DNA from: a virus
Lineage: Duplodnaviria; Caudoviricetes
Strand: one strand, 5' to 3'
Virus record (IMG/VR): IMGVR_UViG_3300028048_003198
Coordinates: 5,903-69,902 of that record
DNA: 64,000 nt
The position numbers and the translations under genes were made by a program. The notes under the pieces were generated by a model. That model did no database searches. It was not told where the DNA came from and saw only the letters and a program-made list of their open reading frames with translations. How positions within the stretch are numbered: position 1 is the stretch's first letter; the number at the start of each line of letters is the position of its first letter. Shown piece by piece: positions 1-9,542 of this stretch.

Positions 1-1
1 G

Positions 2-583
2 AATCCGCATCCGTATTCGAATCAGGTCATCCGTGATGCGATCATCGATGGTCTGACAATTGGTCTGTTCCCGACGGGCAACCAGATTAACATTATTGCA
101 GAACGTATGTACCCGACGAAAGAGGGCTTCACGGCACTTTTGAAGAAGTTGGGCGTCAAGTACGTTCTGAGTATCGGTGCAGACACGAATCGCATTCAAG
201 GCTACGCCGAGATTCCATGTAAGGTAGATTATCTCTACAATCAGGAAAAGAACAGTTTCACGCTGATGGCTACGGTGCGTAAGGATGAGTACAGCTCTCC
301 TGATCAGTTACGCGGGAAAGCGGAGCGCAGGGCCAAGAAAGCTCTGTACGAGTACATCACCGGATGCGATTTCGGAGATGCAGACGAGGACAGCGCACGC
401 CCAGTAGAGGAAGCGCATTATGAGGTTATCAAGGAGAGTGCGAACCAGACGAAGATGCCTGGCGCTCCCGCTCCGGGTGCTCCGGCCGCTCCCCAGAATC
501 CTCCGCAGGCTCCGGCATCTGCGCCTACAACGCAGCCGACAGGTCAACGTCCTACACCGACAATCTTTGGTGATCAGCAATGA
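2..583 (+). CDS. 5'-truncated phage protein, possibly a RecT/SSAP-like recombination protein with a Pro/Ala-rich tail
   Basis: Frame 2 is open from the window edge (NPHPYSNQVIRDAIIDGLTIGLFPTGNQINIIAERMYPTKEG...). It lies directly upstream of an MBL hydrolase, a typical SSAP context. Function inferred mainly from context. Confidence 0.45.
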   Translation, partial: NPHPYSNQVIRDAIIDGLTIGLFPTGNQINIIAERMYPTKEGFTALLKKLGVKYVLSIGADTNRIQGYAEIPCKVDYLYNQEKNSFTLMATVRKDEYSSPDQLRGKAERRAKKALYEYITGCDFGDADEDSARPVEEAHYEVIKESANQTKMPGAPAPGAPAAPQNPPQAPASAPTTQPTGQRPTPTIFGDQQ

Positions 584-1326
584 AACTGACGGTATTAGGA
601 AGTTCAAGTAAGGCGAACGGATATGTTCTGCAGAATGACACGGAGGCACTTGTACTTGAGTGCGGGTGCCCCGTGCAAGACTGCATCAAGGCATTAAAGT
701 TCCGTACCGATAAGGTGGTAGGTGTTCTTGTGACGCATGAGCACGGAGATCACGCCAAATATATCGAGAAATATATGGAACGATTTGATGTATATTGCAG
801 TCAAGGAACGTCTGATGCGGTACATATCTCACATCCAACAAAGCGTCCGAATGTGTTACAGCCGTTCCAAGCCGTGAATATCGGCGGTTTTACCGTGACA
901 CCATTCCCGACAGAACATGACTGTGAGCAGCCGTTTGGCTACCAGATCGACCATCCTGAGATAGGTCGTGTGGTGTTTGCTACTGATACGTATTTCGTTC
1001 GGTACACGTTCGACGGTCTGACGAATGTGATGGTGGAATGCAATTACGCGCCGGATATTCTCGATGAGAATGTGCGTAGGGGTCTGATCCCGGCATTCCT
1101 GCGCAATCGTACGCTACGGTCGCATATGTCGTTGCAGACGTGTATAGATATGCTGCGTGCGAATGATCTGACGAAAGTCAGCCAAGTCGTACTGCTGCAT
1201 CTGTCTAATCAGAATAGCGACGCAGAGCGTTTCAGTAGAGAAGTTGCGCTTGCGATTGGTAAGCGTGTCGTAGTCGCCAAGAAAGGGCTTGAGATACCGT
1301 TTAATCTAACGCCGTTAGAGTTATGA
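580..1326 (+). CDS. MBL-fold metallo-hydrolase (phage YycJ/PhnP-like nuclease)
   Basis: LGSSSKANGY N-terminus, THEHGDH metal motif, TEHD, FATDT, HLS motifs. Confidence 0.9.
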   Translation: MKLTVLGSSSKANGYVLQNDTEALVLECGCPVQDCIKALKFRTDKVVGVLVTHEHGDHAKYIEKYMERFDVYCSQGTSDAVHISHPTKRPNVLQPFQAVNIGGFTVTPFPTEHDCEQPFGYQIDHPEIGRVVFATDTYFVRYTFDGLTNVMVECNYAPDILDENVRRGLIPAFLRNRTLRSHMSLQTCIDMLRANDLTKVSQVVLLHLSNQNSDAERFSREVALAIGKRVVVAKKGLEIPFNLTPLEL

Positions 1327-1925
1327 TACAAATCCTATTTTACGATACAGAGACAACCGGGCTTCCGAAGAGTTGGAGCGCTCCGGCATCCGAGGTTGAC
1401 AACTGGCCGCGCTTGGTGCAATTAGGTTGGTTGCTGACCGATGAGAATGGAACTGTTATCCGGCAAGGAAACATGATCGTCAAGCCGGACGGTTTTGAGA
1501 TTCCTGCAGGAGCCGCAAGCGTGCACGGCATCACAACCGAGATTGCCCTGCAGCAAGGACAGCCGCTTGCGGATGTTATCAATGCGTTCACAGGCGATCT
1601 GTCGCAGGCAGACGCGATAGTCGGACATAACATCCCATTCGATAAGAAAGTGGTAGGAGCCGAGTTGCATCGTCTCGGTCTCGCTAACGTGGAAGAGAAG
1701 ATGCGAGTTATGCAGACCGTTGATACGATGACATCGAGTACGAATTACTGCGGCATCAAGAATAAGTACGGTCGGCTTAAGTGGCCCAAGTTGATTGAGC
1801 TGTATCGTTTCCTGTTTGGGAAAGATTTTGAAGATGCACACGATGCGATGGCTGATATAACAGCCACGAAAGAGTGTTATTTTGAATTAGTTAACCGAGG
1901 TGTTATACCCTCATTAAATGTGTAA
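1323..1925 (+). CDS. DEDDh 3'-5' exonuclease (DnaQ-like)
   Basis: FYDTETTG (ExoI), GHNIPFD (ExoII), AHDAMAD (ExoIII). Confidence 0.92.
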   Translation: MIQILFYDTETTGLPKSWSAPASEVDNWPRLVQLGWLLTDENGTVIRQGNMIVKPDGFEIPAGAASVHGITTEIALQQGQPLADVINAFTGDLSQADAIVGHNIPFDKKVVGAELHRLGLANVEEKMRVMQTVDTMTSSTNYCGIKNKYGRLKWPKLIELYRFLFGKDFEDAHDAMADITATKECYFELVNRGVIPSLNV

Positions 1926-1930
1926 ATGTT

Positions 1931-2365
1931 ATGAAGAAAAACTTTTTGTGCAAGGTTTGCTACAGTAAGCAGACTGGCGAAGACAATCCGGGAGTAGTAA
2001 CTGAAACCTATCTGGTAGGCGCAGAGACTCCGTCCGCAGCTGAAAAAGCGGTGCTTGAAGAGATCGGTCCGTACGTGTTCGGAGAATGCGAGGTACTGTC
2101 TATCAGCAAGCGTAATTTCTTTGAGGTCATCCGTCCGGAGAATCGAGGCGAGAATTTCTACGAAGCAAAGGTAGAGATGACCACCATAGATGGCGAAAGC
2201 GAGACGCGAAAGAATTTCGGCATCCTCATCCAAGCGAACACGCTTGACGATGCAGTGTACACGTTGAAGCAGCACATGAACATATACGACTGCGAGATGA
2301 CGCTGGTAAAGAAATCTGCCATCGTCGATGTTCTGGAATACGAAACCGCAGAAGAGACGAAGTAA
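1931..2365 (+). CDS. DUF4494-like Bacteroidetes protein
   Basis: FLCKVCY...VTETYLVGAETPSAAE pattern recalled for this family. Confidence 0.65.
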   Translation: MKKNFLCKVCYSKQTGEDNPGVVTETYLVGAETPSAAEKAVLEEIGPYVFGECEVLSISKRNFFEVIRPENRGENFYEAKVEMTTIDGESETRKNFGILIQANTLDDAVYTLKQHMNIYDCEMTLVKKSAIVDVLEYETAEETK

Positions 2366-2366
2366 C

Positions 2367-2768
2367 ATGGAACCTGACGTACTTAAATCGAAACTCGCCG
2401 AGTTTCAGTCAGAGTGCGAAACGATGCAAGAGTTTTTGGAGAGTCGCGAAAGCGACACTCCGGAACTCCTGCTGGAGCGTCTGACGCAGATCAATTCGTA
2501 TCTTGCGCGTTCCGGAATGCTTCTGGCCGATGCCAAACTGATCCAAGACAATGAGCGTGCGCTGCTGTATGTAGAGCATGTAGATGTATTGAAGAAGATG
2601 GCGGTATCGACAGCTAAGTCGTTTATCGAATCGCAGACCGGAGAGATCAACTATTATGTGAACTGGCTGGACCGCATAAATCGGTCTCTGGTACACGTAG
2701 GCGATAACATCCGCACCCAGATATCGTTTGCAAAAGAGGAGCTGAGATTGAACAAAACAGGCTATTAG
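2367..2768 (+). CDS. hypothetical phage protein (helical)
   Basis: ORF with ATG at 2367, adjoining the previous stop. Confidence 0.7.
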   Translation: MEPDVLKSKLAEFQSECETMQEFLESRESDTPELLLERLTQINSYLARSGMLLADAKLIQDNERALLYVEHVDVLKKMAVSTAKSFIESQTGEINYYVNWLDRINRSLVHVGDNIRTQISFAKEELRLNKTGY

Positions 2769-2770
2769 GG

Positions 2771-2897
2771 CAAAATGGCAACGACGCTTTGCAATTAGCG
2801 AATTTTCAGCGATTTATGGCGAAAAAATTTGGTCATATCAAAAATTTTTTGTAACTTTACACATTATTTAAGAAAACCATTAAAGACTGAGTTTATG
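2771..2897 (+). promoter_or_regulatory. promoter cassette copy A (partial, most diverged)
   Basis: AAAATGGCAACGACGCTTTGCAATTAGC...AAAAAATTTGGTCA...TAACTTTACAC...AAACCATTAAAG...ATG of the initiator. Confidence 0.8.
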
Positions 2898-4046
2898 GCG
2901 AAACAAAAGTATTTCTCGCATGACAGTAACGCCCGTAATGACGAAAAAATCGTCAATATGCGTATGCAGATGGGCGCTGGTGCGTACGCCATATATTTCA
3001 TGATTCTTGAGCGCTTACGAGAGACCGAGGACTTCATGGGTATCAAAGATTATAACGCTATAGCCTTTGATCTCCGTGTCGATGCCAAGGACGTAAAGCG
3101 TGTGATTGAGGACTTCGGGTTATTCCAGTTTACCGAAGATGGCAAGCTGTTCTACTCCGAGAGTTTCCGCAATCGTATGCGTATCATGGAAGATAAGCGT
3201 ATGAAGCAGGTCGAAGCCGGAAAACGTACGGCAGAGAAACGATGGGTAGAGGGGCGCAAAGCAGAGGCAGGCGATGTAACTAACCTACCGCAAAAAGGTA
3301 ACTCAAAGAAACTTAACCTACGGAAAAGCGGTAACTCACCTATAACTAACCTATCGAAAGGCGGTAACTTACCTACCGAAAGTGATGGTGTTGTAACTAA
3401 CCTATCAAAAAGCGGTAACTTACCTATAATCGAGTGTGCGGAAGAGGGAGAAAATGTAACTAACCTACCGAAATCGGGTAACTTACCTATAGCGTCCAAA
3501 AAAAGAAAAGAACCAAAAGAAAAAGATAAAAAGGAAAATTTAATTATTGTAGAGTCTCCATCTAAAGAAGAAGACTCTATGTCCCTCACCCCTAAAGGAG
3601 TGACGGACGATGCACCTCTGTCAAGTCCATCCTTATTTGGAGAGATGCCGGAAGCAGAAAAGGATGTAGATTATGCCGAGTTGATCAAGTTCTGGAATAC
3701 CGTCACTAAAGGCGTGTTCGGCTACCTGAGAAACATCGAGAATAAGCGCAGACAGATGACGCGCGCACGAATACGCGAGAATGGCTACGATCAATTCCTG
3801 CAAGCCATCCGGAATGCTGCAGCATCCGAGTTCCTGCACAGCGCTCCGTGGTTCAGTTATGACTGGATGATCTGCCCGAATAACTTTGTAAAAGTGTTGG
3901 AAGATAAGTATGGAAAACGCGAAAGAACTGAAAGCACAGGGGCAAGCGGACTGGGACCTTCGGGACTGGAAGCCGCAAACTCTATCCCAATGGGTGGAAA
4001 CCAAGGGGGGAATGCAAAACCTGTTAGAAAACGAGTGTATGATTAA
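2895..4046 (+). CDS. replication initiator, DUF4373 (Lin1244/Lin1753-like) N-terminal domain
   Basis: MAKQKYFSHDSNARNDEKI...GAGAYAIYFMILERL; C-terminal WFSYDWMICPNNFVKVLEDKY; internal iterons; followed by a loader ATPase. The start is 2895, after the shared leader motif, not the upstream TTG. Confidence 0.85.
   Translation: MAKQKYFSHDSNARNDEKIVNMRMQMGAGAYAIYFMILERLRETEDFMGIKDYNAIAFDLRVDAKDVKRVIEDFGLFQFTEDGKLFYSESFRNRMRIMEDKRMKQVEAGKRTAEKRWVEGRKAEAGDVTNLPQKGNSKKLNLRKSGNSPITNLSKGGNLPTESDGVVTNLSKSGNLPIIECAEEGENVTNLPKSGNLPIASKKRKEPKEKDKKENLIIVESPSKEEDSMSLTPKGVTDDAPLSSPSLFGEMPEAEKDVDYAELIKFWNTVTKGVFGYLRNIENKRRQMTRARIRENGYDQFLQAIRNAAASEFLHSAPWFSYDWMICPNNFVKVLEDKYGKRERTESTGASGLGPSGLEAANSIPMGGNQGGNAKPVRKRVYD
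3276..3490 (+). repeat. iteron array, probable replication origin inside the initiator gene
   Basis: About five imperfect copies of TAACTAACCTAYCGAAA(A)GCGGTAACTYACCTA, starting near 3276, 3312, 3342, 3393 and 3456. Confidence 0.8.
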
Positions 4047-4704
4047 GTTGAATGATTTGAAGAAAAAGGATGTCTATACGAGACACGCGCAGTTCCTGAT
4101 GATGTGCGCGAACGAAATCCTTGCAAAGCAAGATCGCAAGTTTATAGCAGACGAGCAGAATAGAGACGTGCTGCGTTTCCTGCTGTACTACTTTAACGGA
4201 TGCGAGGAATGCGAAAAGGTATTCCCGAATAAGGATTACAAGTTAGGCAAGCAGATACTGCTGTACGGCGAACCTGGCACCGGAAAGACGCTGATCATGG
4301 AAACGTTCAGTCTGTATCTAAAGCGCCTGAATAATCCCTACGCGTTCGAGAATGTGTCGCTGACTCAGATGATGAACCATTTTCAGTTGAACGAGAATAT
4401 AGACCGCTATACGTTCAATGCCGGGAAAGACAGCATCGAGGGCCGACCGTTCAACGTGTGTCTGAATGATATCGGAGTGAACACGCATCGCCACTACGGC
4501 ACCGATCCCAAGGTGATTATTGAGGAGTTCCTCTATAGCCGAAACGATATATACGTATCGACCGGGCAGAGGGCGCACCTGACAACCAACATGGATAAAG
4601 AAGACCTCGTGAAGATGTTTGGCGATGATGAACACGGCCGACTATTGGATCGAATCTTCAATACGTACAACTTTATACCGTTATCGGGAGCATCGAGACG
4701 ATAG
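4039..4704 (+). CDS. DnaC/IstB-like AAA+ ATPase (helicase loader)
   Basis: Walker A GEPGTGKT, CLNDIG Walker B-like, TTN motif; overlaps the initiator stop. Confidence 0.85.
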   Translation: MIKLNDLKKKDVYTRHAQFLMMCANEILAKQDRKFIADEQNRDVLRFLLYYFNGCEECEKVFPNKDYKLGKQILLYGEPGTGKTLIMETFSLYLKRLNNPYAFENVSLTQMMNHFQLNENIDRYTFNAGKDSIEGRPFNVCLNDIGVNTHRHYGTDPKVIIEEFLYSRNDIYVSTGQRAHLTTNMDKEDLVKMFGDDEHGRLLDRIFNTYNFIPLSGASRR

Positions 4705-4937
4705 GTTTTATTGTGCCCGAACGGTGTTTGATAATCAAGCAAAAATGATTTGCAGTTACTACCAAGATAGCGCGAAAAGATGGAGAGCAAGCCGCTCGAT
4801 GTTTGGGCCATCCATCATCGTAGCGAATGCGCACGCGGCGTTCGAAGCATGCTGCGCGTGGCTCGGCACTCATGACGTGAACGTTGACCCGGATGGTAAC
4901 GGCAACACAATAGTAACCATTAAAGAATTGAGAAATT

Positions 4938-5447
4938 ATGGCAGTAAGAAACATTGAAGCCATCGAACGTAAGACGGAACAGATGGCAAAAGAAAAGCAG
5001 GGCTTAGCAGATATGCGCAGAGCCTCTCTGAAAGTTTATCTGGATTCTATCAAAGCTAAAAGTCAGGACATGACTGATGCTGTAGATACGTATGAGGAAT
5101 TGCTTAAGAGAAAAATCCCATGCGAGTTTCAATCAGGAACGAGAATTAGATTTGCACCGTTACCATATAACGGAGGCCACAAGATTAAGATTGAAGTTGG
5201 GGAAGAAAGCGGTTACGCATCGTTTGCTTACATTCCAAAAGAAGAATCGTTTATGACATCGACGAAAAGCTCAGATACGAAATTTGAAAGTATAGACGAC
5301 CTGAGCGACTCCGATATCAGTAGTAAATTCCACAGCGACGGATCATGGAAAGAAAGAAGCGATAATATGCGTCAGGCTATCAAAGAGTTTGCGGAAGGCA
5401 TAGAGGTCTTCCTGAATGATTTCTTCAATTACGTAGAACACCTGTAG
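4938..5447 (+). CDS. hypothetical protein
   Basis: 169-aa ORF in operon orientation. Confidence 0.65.
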   Translation: MAVRNIEAIERKTEQMAKEKQGLADMRRASLKVYLDSIKAKSQDMTDAVDTYEELLKRKIPCEFQSGTRIRFAPLPYNGGHKIKIEVGEESGYASFAYIPKEESFMTSTKSSDTKFESIDDLSDSDISSKFHSDGSWKERSDNMRQAIKEFAEGIEVFLNDFFNYVEHL

Positions 5448-5760
5448 GCTATGGCAAACGAAAAATGTAAGAACGGCTGTCCGCCCGGCACAGATATGAG
5501 AACGTGCATGCTTGCTTTCATGGAAGATTGTCCGTTCTGTAAAAGCAAGGATGGAGATATATTCTTAAAAGAACGATAGGAGGAGTAAGCATGAAACTAT
5601 ACAAGTACAGAGTCGTAGCAGACAGATGCCCGCTCAAGAAAAAGGATTGCAATAAGTGCAAGTATAACAATGGGTTTGATTTTGGCATGAAGACGTATTG
5701 CGGCTATAATGACGATGAGTTTCGTGAAGTGTGGAATCTCCCGAAAAGAAAGAAGCAGAA

Positions 5761-7371
5761 ATGAAGCACGAGTTATTGTATATTGATTTGTTCTGCGGCG
5801 CCGGAGGCACGTCCACCGGAGTAGAACGCGCGAGACTGAACGGCGAGAAATGCGCACGTGTGATTGCGTGCGTGAACCATGATCCGAACGCGATCAAGTC
5901 GCACGCCGCGAACCATCCCAATACGAAGCACTTTACAGAGGATATCCGCACGCTTGACATGGTGCCTTTACAGACCATCACCGACAAAGAGCGCAACCGG
6001 AACCAGAACGCCAAGGTAGTGTTATGGGCCTCTCTTGAGTGTACCAATTTCAGCAAGGCGAAAGGCGGTCAGCCGAGAGACGCAGATAGCCGTACGCTTG
6101 CCGAACACCTGTTTCGGTATATTGATGCGCTCCGTCCGGACTACATCTATATCGAGAATGTAGAAGAGTTCATGTGCTGGGGTGATCTCGATGAGAATGG
6201 AAAGCCGATCAGCCGCGACGAGGGGCGTTTGTATATGAAATGGGTGAGCAATGTGGAGAAGCGAGGATATAAGTTCGATCATCGCCTGCTGAATGCAGCT
6301 GACTACGGAGCACGAACGAGCCGAACGCGCTTCTTCGGCATATTCTCAAGATTGAATGATCCTATCGTATGGCCAGAGCCGACACACTGCAAAGGTGGTC
6401 GCGCTGCCGACATGTTTCATACGGCACTCAAGCCGTGGGAGCCTGTGCGCGGTGCGCTCGAACTCGACAATGAGGGGGCATCGATCTTCGGTCGCAAGAA
6501 GCCGCTAACAGACCGCACGTTGGAACGTATCTATGCCGGACTGATTAAGTTCGTGGCTGGCGGCAAGGATGCTTTCATGGTTAAGTATAATTCGTTCAGT
6601 CAGTCGGGCAAGTACGTTGCGCCTGGTATTGATGATCCGTGTCCGGTCGTTGCTACTCAGAACAGGCTCGGAGTGGCAAGAGTGCAATTCTTATCGAAGC
6701 AGTACAGCGGCGAGCCGGATGGCAAGAATGTGAGCATAGACGAGCCGAGCGGCGCTATCACATGCAAGGACCATCATGCGCTGATCGAAGCGAGTTTCTT
6801 GGACGCACACTACGGAAATGGTTTCGAGCGCTCCATCGAAGAACCTGCGCCAACCGTTACTACCAAAGACCGCCTGTCGTTGGTTACGAGCCGTTTCATG
6901 GATATGCAGTATGGAAAGAGCAAGCCTGCAAGTCTCGATGATCCTGCGCAAGCAGTAACGGCCGTGCCGAAGATGAAGCTTGTGTCAGTAGAACAGAGTC
7001 AATTCCTGATGAACCCGGCATACCAGTCTAAGGGTGGTAGTATAGATGATCCGAGTTTTACGCTCGTTGCGCGAATGGATAAGACACCGCCATACCTCAT
7101 CACAACAGATAGAGGAGATGTTGCGGTCGTGATATACGAAACAGATACGGATGTGATGGTGCGCATCAAGGAGTTTATGGCGATGTATGGCATCGTGGAT
7201 ATCAAGATGCGTATGCTGAATGTCCCAGAGTTGAAACGGATTATGGGCTTCGGCACCGACTATACGCTGATAGGCACACAGACCGAGCAGAAGAAGTTTA
7301 TTGGAAACGCGGTTGAGGTGCATATGAGCCAAGCGTTATGCGAAGCGTTAGCAATCGAATTGAATAGATGA
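5761..7371 (+). CDS. DNA (cytosine-5) methyltransferase with a long variable region
   Basis: DLFCGAGG motif I, ASLECTNFS motif IV, IENVEE motif VI, RTSRTRFF motif VIII, GNAV motif X. Confidence 0.92.
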   Translation: MKHELLYIDLFCGAGGTSTGVERARLNGEKCARVIACVNHDPNAIKSHAANHPNTKHFTEDIRTLDMVPLQTITDKERNRNQNAKVVLWASLECTNFSKAKGGQPRDADSRTLAEHLFRYIDALRPDYIYIENVEEFMCWGDLDENGKPISRDEGRLYMKWVSNVEKRGYKFDHRLLNAADYGARTSRTRFFGIFSRLNDPIVWPEPTHCKGGRAADMFHTALKPWEPVRGALELDNEGASIFGRKKPLTDRTLERIYAGLIKFVAGGKDAFMVKYNSFSQSGKYVAPGIDDPCPVVATQNRLGVARVQFLSKQYSGEPDGKNVSIDEPSGAITCKDHHALIEASFLDAHYGNGFERSIEEPAPTVTTKDRLSLVTSRFMDMQYGKSKPASLDDPAQAVTAVPKMKLVSVEQSQFLMNPAYQSKGGSIDDPSFTLVARMDKTPPYLITTDRGDVAVVIYETDTDVMVRIKEFMAMYGIVDIKMRMLNVPELKRIMGFGTDYTLIGTQTEQKKFIGNAVEVHMSQALCEALAIELNR

Positions 7372-8106
7372 GTATGACCGAACCGCAAAGCATAGTGTAT
7401 AACTGCGATTGCATGGAGTATATGCGCACCGTGCCGGATAAGCATTTTGCGCTCGCAATAGTTGACCCGCCGTATTTTAGTGGACCGGAGAAACGCGAGT
7501 TTTATGGTCGCAAGGTTTCTCCAATAGGCGTGCATCGTCTGTATGCAAAGACTGAAACGTGGAATGTGCCAGATAAAGAGTACTTCGATGAGTTGATCCG
7601 GATATCGCAGCACTACATCGTATGGGGATGCAATTACTATGACTACCAGTTTGCACCCGGCCGAATCGTGTGGGATAAGTGTAATGCGAATAGTTCGTTT
7701 TCAGATGCAGAGTTAGCGGCAACCGATCTATTCAATAGCGTGCGTTTATTTCGCTATATGTGGAACGGAATGCTGCAAGGCGAAAGCATGGATCGCGGTC
7801 ACGTGATGCAGGGTAATAAGGCAAAGAACGAGAAGCGCATCCATCCCACTCAGAAGCCGATAGCGCTGTATGCGTGGTTGCTGCAGAACTATGCAAACCC
7901 AGATGCTGGGGGGGGGTATTTTCGATTCTCACCTTGGCTCCGGAAGCAGCCGCATAGCAGCGTACAAACTCGGATTCGATTTCGTAGGATGCGAGATAGA
8001 CAAAGGTTATTTCGAAGCACAGGAGAAGCGCTTTCAGGAAGAGTGCAAGGACACGATCATTTTCCCGAACGGAAAGAGTGTAACGCAATTGAGTATTGAG
8101 ATATGA
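7368..8106 (+). pseudogene. N6-adenine/N4-cytosine DNA methyltransferase, frameshifted at a G9 tract (7908-7916)
   Basis: DPPY motif and HPTQKP lie in the frame of 7368..8099; the SAM-binding motif IFDSHLGSGS and GCEID lie in the frame of 7870..8106. The frames switch at G9. Confidence 0.85.
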
Positions 8107-9021
8107 GCAAGCAACTGACAGAGAGACTGGCGATGATGGAGTTGAAGCAACGCAAGCCGAAGCAGAAGCAAGATAGGTTGCCAGTCTATTACGGATGGGC
8201 GAAGATCAATAAAGGTCAGCGCCGCGAAGCGCTGATGGTGATCTTCTTGAATGAGCATCCGGGCCCAAGAATAGGTAAAGACGGTCAGGATGGAGTGACG
8301 AAATGGATGATCCCAGTCTATAAGCGTTGGCAGACTCCGGACGAGATGAAAGACAGCAAAGACTCAATCCGTGTGTATTCGACATATAACATATTCATGG
8401 ATGACAGGCATATAAAGGGCAGTCTGGAAGCGGCGCTGACAGAGAATGATGCCGCAGACTGCAATAATGTCTCACGAGAGGAACGCAATAAGATACGATC
8501 CATGCTGCGCGAGGACTACCTGCATAACCATCCCAACTATAAAGAACCAGTAAGGCAATTGGAATTAACGTTTTAATGATAGTATTATGAAACCATCAGA
8601 AATGACAGAAGAGCAAGCGAGAGCACTCGCAGCCGTGATGTTTAACATGATCGGCGGCTCGGAGATTTTGTTTTTCGATCTCGAAGCGTATTTTATGTCG
8701 CAAGGATGCGAGTTCGTGAGAGAGACGAAGAAGATGTTCACGGAGTTTATGGCAACCGCAAAGGTGCTGCACAAGCAGTACAACCGTCTGACAAAATTGG
8801 CAGTCTCAAGCGCGGAATGCGAGAAGATGTCGCCGAAAGACGGATATGAGTACGACTGCAATACAGCAGCGCGCACGGCGCTCCAGATTTACGATGCTAC
8901 TCACAAGCAAGATGAGGATGCTCTGATCAAAATCGAATCGTCGCTAAAGTTGATAGCGAGACACCCGATGTTTGGCTCAGAAGTGTATGGCAGATACATG
9001 CCGGATATAGCCTCGGAATGA
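8103..9021 (+). CDS. two hypothetical proteins (8103-8576, 8587-9021)
   Basis: Consecutive + strand ORFs with tight spacing. Confidence 0.65.
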
Positions 9022-9210
9022 CAAAATCTATGCCAAACTTGGACCGTCAGGAATGCGATTTTCGTGCGATTTTCAAAATGGCAACGACGCTTTGCAATTA
9101 GCACTTTTTCAGCATTTTATGCGGAAAAAATTTGGTCAAATGAAAAAAAATGACTAACTTTACACTGTCGTTAAGACAAATAACAAACCATTAAAAATTT
9201 GAGTTTTATG
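9019..9210 (+). promoter_or_regulatory. promoter cassette copy B
   Basis: TTTG 9131-9134, 20-nt spacer, TAACTTTA 9155-9162; ~105-nt core identical to copies D and E. Confidence 0.9.
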
Positions 9211-9522
9211 AGTGTAAAAAAGTTAACAGAGGCGCAGAAACAGTACCTGCAAGGCAATGCGAAAGCATGGAAGCAATTGACGTTCGAGAATGAGCATACG
9301 GAAGTTCGCATCCGGATTGCTCACTGCATGAATGTCTTCACAGGTGGCGAAGCTGCTACGCTGGTCACGATCTACGAAGCGATCAATAGAGAGCAAGAGC
9401 GTAGGAATAATCTTACGAGAATGCTGAAAAACCTCCGTGATGCAACCGATCAGGAGTTGTATGAGTTCATCAAAGAACACTACGGAGAGGATGTTTTCAA
9501 GCAGATTCACGAGTGCTTATAA
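9208..9522 (+). CDS. hypothetical protein, first gene of island 1
   Basis: ATG follows the cassette leader. Confidence 0.7.
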   Translation: MSVKKLTEAQKQYLQGNAKAWKQLTFENEHTEVRIRIAHCMNVFTGGEAATLVTIYEAINREQERRNNLTRMLKNLRDATDQELYEFIKEHYGEDVFKQIHECL

Positions 9523-9542
9523 ACCATTAAAGATATCGAGTT

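Noticed and set aside
2829-2894. N-terminal extension of the initiator ORF from TTG 2829 (similarly the 37767 and 54315 starts)
   Set aside because: These extensions run through promoter or operator sequence; the downstream ATGs fit the regulatory signals better
3276-3490. Possible CRISPR-like array
   Set aside because: The units are degenerate, nearly adjacent, in frame within a CDS and have no unique spacers or cas genes; they fit iterons
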